Source of the DNA: Peptococcaceae bacterium UBA7185
Lineage (GTDB): Bacteria > Bacillota > Peptococcia > Peptococcales > Peptococcaceae
Direction of reading: 5' to 3'
Length of the DNA stretch: 64,000 nt
Assembly: GCA_002491065.1 (NCBI GenBank)
Contig: DKVF01000031.1
Location: 19,946 to 83,945 of the forward strand
Below are positions 56,487 to 64,000 of this stretch, in pieces. Position 1 is the stretch's first letter, and every line of letters starts with the position of its first letter. A program made the position numbers and the translations under genes. The notes below the pieces were generated by a model. The model did no database searches and was not told where the DNA came from. It worked only from the letters and a program-made list of their open reading frames with translations.

Positions 56487-57686
56487 ATGCAGAAAGAAAT
56501 TCTATCGGTCAGTGAGATTAATTTGTACATCAAAAAACTTTTGCAGCAGGATGGGCGAATGAGCAGCGTGTTGGTGCGGGGAGAAATTTCAAATTTTACA
56601 CGGCACAGCTCGGGACATCTATATTTTTCTTTGAAGGATAAGACAGGAGCTATCAAATGCGTGATGTTTCGCAGCAATGCCCAGCGACTGCAATTTCAGC
56701 CCGGGCATGGAATGGAAGTGCTGGTTTCCGGTTATGTTTCGGTGTATGAGCGGGATGGTGTATACCAGCTGTATGTGGAACAGATGATGGCGGCCGGTGC
56801 CGGTGCGCTGCATCTGGCTTATGAAAAACTGAAGAAAAAGCTGGAAGGGGAAGGGCTGTTTGACAAAATGAACAAGCGCCCGCTGCCTTTTTTGCCCCAG
56901 AAGGTGGGTATTGTGACTTCACCTACCGGGGCTGCCATACGGGACTTATTATCCATTATCCATCGCCGCAACGCCGGTGTATCGGTGTATGTGGTGCCAG
57001 CCATTGTGCAGGGGCAGGAGGGCATTGCCTCTATCTGCCAATCGTTGGAGATCCTCTATCAGCGTGATATGGATGTCATTATTGTAGGTCGAGGCGGCGG
57101 TTCGCTGGAAGAATTGTGGTGTTTTAATGAAGAAGCGGTAGTGCGCAAAATTGCAGCCAGCCCGGTACCGATTATCAGCGCAGTGGGGCATGAAACCGAT
57201 GTGACGCTGGCTGATTTTGCGGCGGATGTACGGGCGGCAACGCCTTCTATGGCGGCGGAATTGGCCGTGCCGGAGAAAAATCAGCTGGAAGAGGTGCTGT
57301 CTTTGCGGCAGCGCACGCTGGAGCAGCGTTTTTCCAGTCTTTTGCTTCACAAAAAACAATATTTAGCACATTTGGCCAGCCATCGTCTGCTGCAGAAGCC
57401 GGAATTATTATTACAGGACCGGCAGCAGCTGTTGGATGAAACAGCTGATAAATTGGAAAAAGCTATACAACTGAATTTAGCACAGAAAAAACAGGAGTTT
57501 GCAGTGCGTGTGGAAAAGCTCAATGCGTTGAGTCCCCTTCATGTACTGGGCCGCGGTTATGCCCTGTGCCAAAAGGAAAATGGACAGGTGATACGCAGCG
57601 CCAGCGATGCTGCAGTGGGTGAAAGGGTACAGATTGTATTGGAAAAAGGATGTTTGACAGCCAGTGTGCTAGATAGGGAGGAATGA
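56487..57686 (+). CDS. xseA: Exodeoxyribonuclease VII large subunit
   Basis: LSVSEINLYIKKLLQQD...VRGEISNF...SGHLYFSLKD (OB fold) and the IVGRGGGSLEELW motif. Confidence 0.95.
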   Translation: MQKEILSVSEINLYIKKLLQQDGRMSSVLVRGEISNFTRHSSGHLYFSLKDKTGAIKCVMFRSNAQRLQFQPGHGMEVLVSGYVSVYERDGVYQLYVEQMMAAGAGALHLAYEKLKKKLEGEGLFDKMNKRPLPFLPQKVGIVTSPTGAAIRDLLSIIHRRNAGVSVYVVPAIVQGQEGIASICQSLEILYQRDMDVIIVGRGGGSLEELWCFNEEAVVRKIAASPVPIISAVGHETDVTLADFAADVRAATPSMAAELAVPEKNQLEEVLSLRQRTLEQRFSSLLLHKKQYLAHLASHRLLQKPELLLQDRQQLLDETADKLEKAIQLNLAQKKQEFAVRVEKLNALSPLHVLGRGYALCQKENGQVIRSASDAAVGERVQIVLEKGCLTASVLDREE

Positions 57687-57687
57687 C

Positions 57688-57906
57688 ATGGAAGAAAAGG
57701 AATTGACTTATGAGCAAGCGATGGAGCGGCTGGAACAGGTGCTTCATCGCCTGGATGCTGGAGATCTGCCGCTGGAAGAGTCGCTGAACTGTTTCCAGGA
57801 AGGCTTAAATTATATTAAGATTTGTCAGGAAAAATTGAATGGGGCAGAAGGCAAGTTGAAGCTGCTTCGCGGAGAAGAATTTGTAGACTGGCAGAAGAAC
57901 GGGTGA
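57688..57906 (+). CDS. xseB: Exodeoxyribonuclease VII small subunit
   Basis: 72 aa with LTYEQAMERLEQVLHRLDAGDLPLEESL, typical of XseB. Confidence 0.93.
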   Translation: MEEKELTYEQAMERLEQVLHRLDAGDLPLEESLNCFQEGLNYIKICQEKLNGAEGKLKLLRGEEFVDWQKNG

Positions 57907-57940
57907 CAAAAAGAGACAAGCAGCGAAGGAGTTGTACGAT

Positions 57941-58825
57941 ATGGAGATAAAAGCTTATATGAAGGAAGCCAGGCAGCTTACCGATCAACGCTTGCGGGAA
58001 CTTTTGCCGACAGAGGATACCTATCCGCAAATAATTCATGAAGCCATGGCATACAGTGTATTTGCCGGTGGCAAGCGTTTTCGGCCGTTGCTGTGTCTGG
58101 CCAGCTGTCAGGCGGTATGCGGCAGTTGGGAGCCGGCATTGGACGGAGCCTGTGCGCTGGAGTGTATTCATACTTACTCCCTGATTCATGATGATTTGCC
58201 GGGGATGGATGATGACGATTATCGTCGGGGCAAGTTAACCAATCATAAAGTCTTTGGCGACGGCATTGCAATTTTGGCCGGTGATGCGCTGCTCACCTAT
58301 GCCTTTGAAATTCTGACTGGCTTGGAGCGCAGTGTGAAGCCGGAAAAACTGCTGCAGGTTATAAAAGAAATAAGTCAGGCCAGCGGCACAGCGGGTATGA
58401 TTGGCGGGCAAGTGGTAGATATTATATCTGAACAGGAGAAACCTACTGCCCAGCTGTTGCAGTATATTCACCATCATAAAACGGGTGCACTGCTCGTTGC
58501 TTCTGTGCGCACAGGTGCAATATTAGGCGGCGCGGATGAGGCCCAGCTGGAAGCATTGACTGCTTACGCCCGTCAGTTGGGTCTGGCTTTTCAGATTACC
58601 GATGATATTCTGGATGTGGTAGGCGATGAGAAGAAGCTTGGCAAGCCAGTAGGCAGTGATGAAAAAAATGAAAAAGCAACATTTCCCGCTTTATTTGGGT
58701 TGGAGCAATCCCGCAAAATGGCTCAGGATGCTGTGAAAACAGCGATTGCAGCCTTAGAGCCCCTTGGTGAAAAGGGCGATATTTTAGCAGAGCTGGCCCG
58801 ATATTTGCTGGAACGGGAAAATTAG
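57941..58825 (+). CDS. ispA: Farnesyl/geranylgeranyl diphosphate synthase (polyprenyl synthetase)
   Basis: FARM LIHDDLPGMDDDDYRRG and SARM FQITDDILD. ATG 57941 is 9 nt after GAAGGAG. Confidence 0.92.
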   Translation: MEIKAYMKEARQLTDQRLRELLPTEDTYPQIIHEAMAYSVFAGGKRFRPLLCLASCQAVCGSWEPALDGACALECIHTYSLIHDDLPGMDDDDYRRGKLTNHKVFGDGIAILAGDALLTYAFEILTGLERSVKPEKLLQVIKEISQASGTAGMIGGQVVDIISEQEKPTAQLLQYIHHHKTGALLVASVRTGAILGGADEAQLEALTAYARQLGLAFQITDDILDVVGDEKKLGKPVGSDEKNEKATFPALFGLEQSRKMAQDAVKTAIAALEPLGEKGDILAELARYLLEREN

Positions 58826-58890
58826 GGATACGATAAAATACAAAGTGATGCCGGTTTCCAAGCAGAAGATACCCGAAGGGAGTTCTGTGG

Positions 58891-59328
58891 ATGAAATGGT
58901 TTGACGTGTTGGACAATCGGGTTTTGCAGGCAGCACTGTTTGCCTGGCTGATTGCTCAGTGCTTGAAGGTGATTCTTGTATTTTGGAAGGAAAAACGGTT
59001 GGACTGGAGCAGAATGGTAGGCTCAGGAGGAATGCCCAGCTCCCATTCTGCTTTTGTTGTAGCGATGGCCTCTTCTGTAGGAAAATATACAGGTCTGTCC
59101 AGTGTTTCCTTTGCTATTGCGGCAGTGGTAGCTTGCGTGGTGATGTATGACGCGGCCAATGTGCGGTGGGAAGCGGGGAAGCAGGCAGAGCTCTTGAATC
59201 GGATTGTGATGGATATTTATCATGATAATCATTTAGATCAGGAAAAATTAAAAGAATTGTTGGGACATACGCCGGTGGAAGTGGCGGCAGGTGCTTTGCT
59301 GGGCATTGCCGTGGGCGTATATGTGTAG
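58891..59328 (+). CDS. Divergent PAP2 / DUF212 (YuiD-like) membrane protein
   Basis: GGMPSSHSAFVVAMAS...MYDAANVR...GHTPVEV motifs. SD GAAGGGAG precedes the start. Confidence 0.8.
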   Translation: MKWFDVLDNRVLQAALFAWLIAQCLKVILVFWKEKRLDWSRMVGSGGMPSSHSAFVVAMASSVGKYTGLSSVSFAIAAVVACVVMYDAANVRWEAGKQAELLNRIVMDIYHDNHLDQEKLKELLGHTPVEVAAGALLGIAVGVYV

Positions 59329-59348
59329 AAAAAAAGAAGGTGAAGCGT

Positions 59349-61232
59349 ATGCAATATTTACATCAGATAAAAACGCCAGAGGATATCAAATCCTTGAAGA
59401 TGGCAGAATTAAAGGTCTTGGCGCAGGAAATCCGCAAGGAAATTATCAGCGTTGTATCGCAAAACGGCGGCCATCTGGCTCCAAATCTAGGTGCTGTAGA
59501 ATTAACGCTGGCTCTGCACAGCGTATTTCATACGCCGGAGGATAAATTGATTTGGGATGTAGGACATCAGGCCTATGTGCACAAATTATTGACGGGGCGT
59601 TATGAGCAATTTTCTACCATTCGTACCTACGGAGGGCTGTCAGGTTTTCCGAAACGCAGTGAAAGTGTACATGACGCTTTTGGTGCAGGGCATAGCAGCA
59701 CATCCATTTCGGCAGCAGTAGGTATGGTCAAGGCCAGAGAGCTGCGAGGGGAAAAGCACAACGTCATTGCAGTCATTGGGGATGGCGCGATGACCGGCGG
59801 CATGGCTTTTGAAGCCTTAGAAAATGCGGGACACTTAAATAGCAATCTGATTGTGGTTCTCAATGACAATGAGATGTCCATAGACCCCAATGTGGGCGCT
59901 ATGGCGGAATATTTGAGCAGAGTGCGCAGCAATCCCTCTTACACAAAGAGTAAAGAGGACGTAGAGGATTTGTTGAAAAAAATCCCCGCTATTGGAGATA
60001 AAATGTTCAAGGCGGCTGACCGTCTGAAGGATTCGCTGAAATATCTGTTGGTTCCCGGCGTATTGTTTGAGGAATTTGGCTTTAAATATTACGGGCCGGT
60101 AAATGGACATGATTTATCAGCGCTTCTTACAGTATTAGACAATGTAAAGAATATGAATTGTCCGGTACTAGTGCATGTGGTGACGCAAAAAGGCAAGGGC
60201 TATGCGCCTGCGGAAAAAAATCCGGACCTGTTTCACGGTGTCGGTGCTTTTGATGTGCTGACTGGTCAGATCAAAAAGAAAACAACCCTTCCCAGCTATA
60301 CTTCTGTGTTTGGAAATACCTTGAGAGAGTTGGGCAAGGCTGATGAAGGCATAGTAGGAATTACCGCGGCTATGGGAAAGGGCACCGGTATTTGCATTTT
60401 TCAGGAGCAATTTCCGGAGCGCACCATTGATGTGGGTATTGCCGAGGAACATGCAGTGACCATGGCTGCCGCGATGGCTTTAGAGGGCTTCAAGCCGGTG
60501 GTGGCAATTTATTCTACCTTTTTACAGCGGGCTTATGATCAGATTTTGCATGATGTGGCCTTGCAGAAAGCGCCGGTAGTATTTTGTTTGGACCGCGCCG
60601 GAATTGTCGGCGATGATGGTCCTACCCATCATGGCGTATTTGACATCGCCTATTTGCGGCATATTCCCGGTATGATCTGTATGGCGCCGAAAGATGAAAA
60701 TGAATTGCGCCATATGTTGTATTCAGCTTTGCAATATCACGCGCCGGTGGCGATTCGTTATCCTCGCGGCGCCGGATTGGGTGTGGCGCAGGATGAAGTA
60801 TTGCAGGTGCTGCCTGTAGGCAAAGGGGAAGTGCTGCAGGAGGGCGAATGCGTTACGCTCTTGGCTTTGGGCAGTATGGTAGAAGTTGCGCGACAGGTAG
60901 CGCAGCGGTTGAAGGATGAAAAAAATATCACAGCTACCGTGATCAATGCCCGCTTTGTAAAGCCTTTGGATGAAGCGCTGATCCTCCAATATGGGCGGAA
61001 TAGTCAGCTTTTGGTGACTTTAGAGGAACATAGCTTGGCTGGAGGTTTTGGCTCCGCTGTGTTGGAATTGCTGAACCGAGAACAGGTGAACAGCAGCAAC
61101 GTGCTGCGCATCGGTATTGGAGATGAGTTTGTACCCCATGGCAATACGGAACTGTTAAAGCAGCTGGCGGGGCTGGACGTCCAGTCCATTACGGAAAAAA
61201 TCAGCAGCCGTCTGGAAGAATTGCAGGTGTGA
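59349..61232 (+). CDS. dxs: 1-deoxy-D-xylulose-5-phosphate synthase
   Basis: GGHLAPNLGAVELTLALH, GHSSTSISAA, VIGDGAMTGGMAFEALN and other TPP-binding motifs. Confidence 0.97.
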   Translation: MQYLHQIKTPEDIKSLKMAELKVLAQEIRKEIISVVSQNGGHLAPNLGAVELTLALHSVFHTPEDKLIWDVGHQAYVHKLLTGRYEQFSTIRTYGGLSGFPKRSESVHDAFGAGHSSTSISAAVGMVKARELRGEKHNVIAVIGDGAMTGGMAFEALENAGHLNSNLIVVLNDNEMSIDPNVGAMAEYLSRVRSNPSYTKSKEDVEDLLKKIPAIGDKMFKAADRLKDSLKYLLVPGVLFEEFGFKYYGPVNGHDLSALLTVLDNVKNMNCPVLVHVVTQKGKGYAPAEKNPDLFHGVGAFDVLTGQIKKKTTLPSYTSVFGNTLRELGKADEGIVGITAAMGKGTGICIFQEQFPERTIDVGIAEEHAVTMAAAMALEGFKPVVAIYSTFLQRAYDQILHDVALQKAPVVFCLDRAGIVGDDGPTHHGVFDIAYLRHIPGMICMAPKDENELRHMLYSALQYHAPVAIRYPRGAGLGVAQDEVLQVLPVGKGEVLQEGECVTLLALGSMVEVARQVAQRLKDEKNITATVINARFVKPLDEALILQYGRNSQLLVTLEEHSLAGGFGSAVLELLNREQVNSSNVLRIGIGDEFVPHGNTELLKQLAGLDVQSITEKISSRLEELQV

Positions 61233-61235
61233 ACG

Positions 61236-62036
61236 GTGACCAAAAAGAGATTGGATGTTGTTTTAGTAGAAAAAGGGCTGGCTGCCAGCAGAGAAAAAGC
61301 GAAAGCTTTGATTATGGCAGGTAAGGTTCTGGTGAATGAAAATAAAATTGACAAAGCGGGGACAGAGGTGGATTCGGAGCTGCCCATTCGTTTATTGGGG
61401 CAGGATATTCCCTATGTGAGCCGCGGAGGTTTAAAGCTGGAAAAAGCGCTGCAGGTTTTCCCAGTAGATTTGACGGGAATGGTTGTGGCAGATCTGGGCG
61501 CTTCCACCGGCGGCTTTGTAGACTGCGCTTTACAGAACGGCGCTGCAAAGGTGTTCGCCATTGATGTAGGTTACAACCAGTTGGATTGGAAGCTGCGCAC
61601 CGATGAACGTGTAATCAGTATGGAAAAAACCAATGCCCGCTATTTAGAAGCGGACAGTCTGGGAGAACAGGTGGACGTTGTGACCACGGACGTATCCTTT
61701 ATCTCTTTGGATAAGATTTTGCCGCCGGCTATGTCTTTCCTCAAGGATGGCGGTCATGTGCTGGCTTTGATCAAACCCCAGTTTGAAGCAGGACGGGAAA
61801 AGGTAGGTAAAAAAGGTGTGGTACGGGATGCAGCGGTGCATCAGGAAGTAATAGAGAAGATTCTGCAGCTTTGCCGGGAGATTGGCTTGACAGTGTGGGG
61901 ATTGGATTTTTCTCCGGTGAAGGGACCAGAGGGCAATATCGAATATCTTTTGTGGGGACGAAAGGATTCTCATACTGATTTTGCAGCGGATGCAGCTGCT
62001 GTGGTAGCTGTTGCCCATGCGCAGTTGGACAAATGA
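61236..62036 (+). CDS. tlyA: TlyA-family rRNA 2'-O-methyltransferase (S4 domain + FtsJ-like MTase)
   Basis: KKRLDVVLVEKGLAASREKAKALIMAGKV (S4) and DLGASTGGFVDCAL (SAM motif I). GTG start. Confidence 0.9.
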   Translation: MTKKRLDVVLVEKGLAASREKAKALIMAGKVLVNENKIDKAGTEVDSELPIRLLGQDIPYVSRGGLKLEKALQVFPVDLTGMVVADLGASTGGFVDCALQNGAAKVFAIDVGYNQLDWKLRTDERVISMEKTNARYLEADSLGEQVDVVTTDVSFISLDKILPPAMSFLKDGGHVLALIKPQFEAGREKVGKKGVVRDAAVHQEVIEKILQLCREIGLTVWGLDFSPVKGPEGNIEYLLWGRKDSHTDFAADAAAVVAVAHAQLDK

Positions 62037-62641
62037 ACGGGAGTCTACCGAATATGACAATGGGGAGCAGACAAATCCTGTTTGCAGCGCAAGAATCTAT
62101 AGAACGCTTTTTATTCCAGTATCAATCCCAATTGGCTGTATGGGTCTTAGTTTTGTTGGCCTTTTTTGCCGGCGCTTTGCTGTATCGCAGTTTGTGGCTG
62201 CTCTGGCGGAGATGGCGTACCAACCTTCGCTTTCGACGAGGAGCTCAGGCGGAAAAACAGGCCGCAAAATTTCTAAGGCGCAGGGGATATAAAATTATCG
62301 CAGCGCAGTTGTCCGAACCGATTCTTATCTATGTAGACGGTGAGCCGCAAAAAAGTGTGGTGCGCGCGGACTTTTTGGTTCGTCGCAGATGGAAAACCTA
62401 CATTGTAGAGGTAAAAAGCGGCCAGCAGGGTACAGTGCGTTTGCCCAATGTGCGGAGACAATTACTGGAATACAAGTTAGTGTATCAACCGGATGGCATT
62501 TTGCTGTTGGACATGGAGCATCATAATTTACAGGAAATTCGTTTTGCTTATGGAGCGCAGCGGCGTAAAAAATGGCTGCGCATCACTTTGCTGATTTTGG
62601 CACTGGGCAGTCTGATATGGTGCTTTTGGCAATTTTTCTAG
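62033..62641 (+). CDS. Membrane-anchored hypothetical protein with a PD-(D/E)xK nuclease-like core
   Basis: TM helices at aa ~34-55 and ~180-200. The core reads GAQAEKQAAKFLRRRGYKII...VRADFLVRRRWKTYIVEVKSGQ (D...E-x-K). The ATGA overlaps the tlyA stop. Confidence 0.55.
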   Translation: MNGSLPNMTMGSRQILFAAQESIERFLFQYQSQLAVWVLVLLAFFAGALLYRSLWLLWRRWRTNLRFRRGAQAEKQAAKFLRRRGYKIIAAQLSEPILIYVDGEPQKSVVRADFLVRRRWKTYIVEVKSGQQGTVRLPNVRRQLLEYKLVYQPDGILLLDMEHHNLQEIRFAYGAQRRKKWLRITLLILALGSLIWCFWQFF

Positions 62642-62653
62642 GAGAATAAGACG

Positions 62654-63514
62654 ATGGAAGCAATAAAAACAGTGGGATTAGTTATCAATATTTTCAAAAA
62701 ACCTATTATTGAAATTGGTCTGCAGGTGATTCAATTATTGAATGCGCGGCAGGTGCGAACTATTGCCATAGGGGAAGAGGCGGAGGCATTGGGCCTGACA
62801 CCGACGGAAAAAGACGATTTTTGCCAGATGGCACAGGTCGTGCTGGTCATCGGAGGTGACGGTACTATGCTGCGCGCTGCCCGTACTGTCTACGGCAGTG
62901 AAATTGCCATTTTGGGCATCAACCAGGGATATCTGGGTTTTCTGACAGAAATTGAAGTGGAGCAGCTGGCAGAAAGCCTAGAGCAATTACTGCAGGGCGC
63001 GTATACTGTGGAGCGGCGTATGATGCTGACCGCGCAGGTGTATCGGAATGGCGTGTGCATTGCCGATGTCAGTGCGCTGAATGATTTGGTCGTGACCAAA
63101 GGCGCGCTGTCCCGTATTATAAAGATGGAGCTCTACTTGGAGGACAATCTGGTGGAGAAGTATCACGGTGATGGCCTGATTTTTTCCACACCTACCGGTT
63201 CTACCGGTTATTCCTTATCGGCCAATGGTCCTATTGTATATCCCAATATGGATTTATGTATTGTCACGCCTATCTGTCCCCATAGCCTGATTGCACGGCC
63301 TTTGATTTTTTCTCCGGAGCATACTCTGACTTTACGGTTGGATGCCAACAATGCGCCGGCGATGCTGACTGTGGACGGACAAAACGGCGTGGAACTAAAA
63401 CAGGGAGATTGGATTCAAATCAGCAAGGCAGAGCATGATACCTATCTGCTGGTCTTGGAAAAACGTAATTTCTTTGCTGTACTGCGGGAAAAGCTAAAAG
63501 GCGTACAGGAATAA
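62654..63514 (+). CDS. nadK: NAD kinase
   Basis: VLVIGGDGTMLRAAR, NQGYLGFLTE and TPTGSTGYSLSANGPI. Confidence 0.96.
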   Translation: MEAIKTVGLVINIFKKPIIEIGLQVIQLLNARQVRTIAIGEEAEALGLTPTEKDDFCQMAQVVLVIGGDGTMLRAARTVYGSEIAILGINQGYLGFLTEIEVEQLAESLEQLLQGAYTVERRMMLTAQVYRNGVCIADVSALNDLVVTKGALSRIIKMELYLEDNLVEKYHGDGLIFSTPTGSTGYSLSANGPIVYPNMDLCIVTPICPHSLIARPLIFSPEHTLTLRLDANNAPAMLTVDGQNGVELKQGDWIQISKAEHDTYLLVLEKRNFFAVLREKLKGVQE

Positions 63515-63532
63515 ACGTGGATGGTGAGATAG

Positions 63533-63979
63533 TTGAAAACAAAACGTCATAGAAAAATTTTAGAGTTGATTAAGGAAAACGTAGTGGGCACGCAGGAAGA
63601 ATTGGCTGATCTGTTAAAGCAGGATGGCTTTGCAGTGACCCAGGCTACAGTTTCCCGCGATATTAAAGAGCTGGCTCTGATCAAAATTCCCACAAGTGAT
63701 GACCAGTATCGCTATGCACTGCCCATGGAGGTTGCAGTGTCGGAAACACGGCTGCGCTTTTTATTGAAAGAGTTTGTGCTGAATTATGCTGCCAGTGAAA
63801 ATATTTTACTGGTACGCACAGCGCCAGGCAATGCCAATGCAGTTGCCTCTGCCTTGGACAATGCGCAGTGGGGAGAAATTTTGGGCTCAGTGGCCGGCGA
63901 TGACACAATTTTGGTAGTCGCCAGAAAAAAAGAAGACATCCCGTGTATTATTGAAAAACTGGAGTCTTATCTGGATTGA
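63533..63979 (+). CDS. argR: Arginine repressor
   Basis: KRHRKILELIKENVVGTQEELADLLKQDGFAVTQATVSRDIKEL (wHTH) and a C-terminal GDDTILVV motif. TTG start. Confidence 0.93.
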   Translation: MKTKRHRKILELIKENVVGTQEELADLLKQDGFAVTQATVSRDIKELALIKIPTSDDQYRYALPMEVAVSETRLRFLLKEFVLNYAASENILLVRTAPGNANAVASALDNAQWGEILGSVAGDDTILVVARKKEDIPCIIEKLESYLD

Positions 63980-64000
63980 GAAATGGCAGGTGGAAAGTAT

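Noticed and set aside
63983-64000. ATG at 63983 as a possible recN start after argR
   Set aside because: Only 18 nt remain in the window, there is no clear SD, and MAGGKY does not resemble RecN N-termini.
1-64000. Searched for CRISPR arrays, tRNA/rRNA genes, IS elements/transposases, integrases, prophage or known defence-system genes
   Set aside because: None were seen. The only tandem repeat is the in-frame 42-nt unit in the COG0523 gene. There are no direct-repeat/spacer arrays, no cloverleaf-like sequences in the intergenic regions, and no recombinase-like ORFs.

Overview
This 64-kb window is from an endospore-forming Bacillota (Firmicutes) chromosome, with mid-range GC by eye. It is densely coded, mostly on the + strand, and almost entirely core. 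The conserved blocks are: (ylxQ)-infB-rbfA-nrnA-truB-ribF-rpsO-pnp; yicC-remA-gmk-rpoZ-coaBC-metK; csp/hpf/secA-prfB (prfB with the classical programmed +1 frameshift); mscL; the complete spoIIIAA-AH operon; and asp23-nusB-xseA-xseB-ispA-DUF212-dxs-tlyA-nadK-argR. Several less ordinary modules lie between them. (1) A 1,623-aa single ORF joins an HD hydrolase, about 550 aa of helical repeats, a NadD-like nucleotidyltransferase, a GNAT-like segment and a PRTase-like domain. (2) A folA operon carries an N-terminally extended LDH-like protein and a double flavodoxin-fold, Cys-cluster flavoprotein. (3) A DsrMK/HdrED-like membrane redox pair has a palindrome inside its promoter. (4) A LytTR response regulator and AgrC/NatK-type kinase sit beside an ABC transporter locus with three small unannotated or poorly defined ORFs. 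(5) A glcE/F/D-like oxidase set is translationally coupled to the radical-SAM gene ygiQ. (6) Two COG0523-type metallochaperone paralogs lie next to a beta-carbonic anhydrase; one carries a tandem His/Cys-rich repeat, and the other lacks CxCC and has a different C-terminus. (7) A strong promoter, a long terminator-like hairpin and uORFs form a leader in front of an MFS-CBS fusion transporter. (8) A membrane-anchored PD-(D/E)xK-fold protein lies between tlyA and nadK. I saw no rRNA, tRNA, CRISPR array, transposase, integrase or prophage signature. All domain calls come from motif recognition by eye. No HMM or database search was run.
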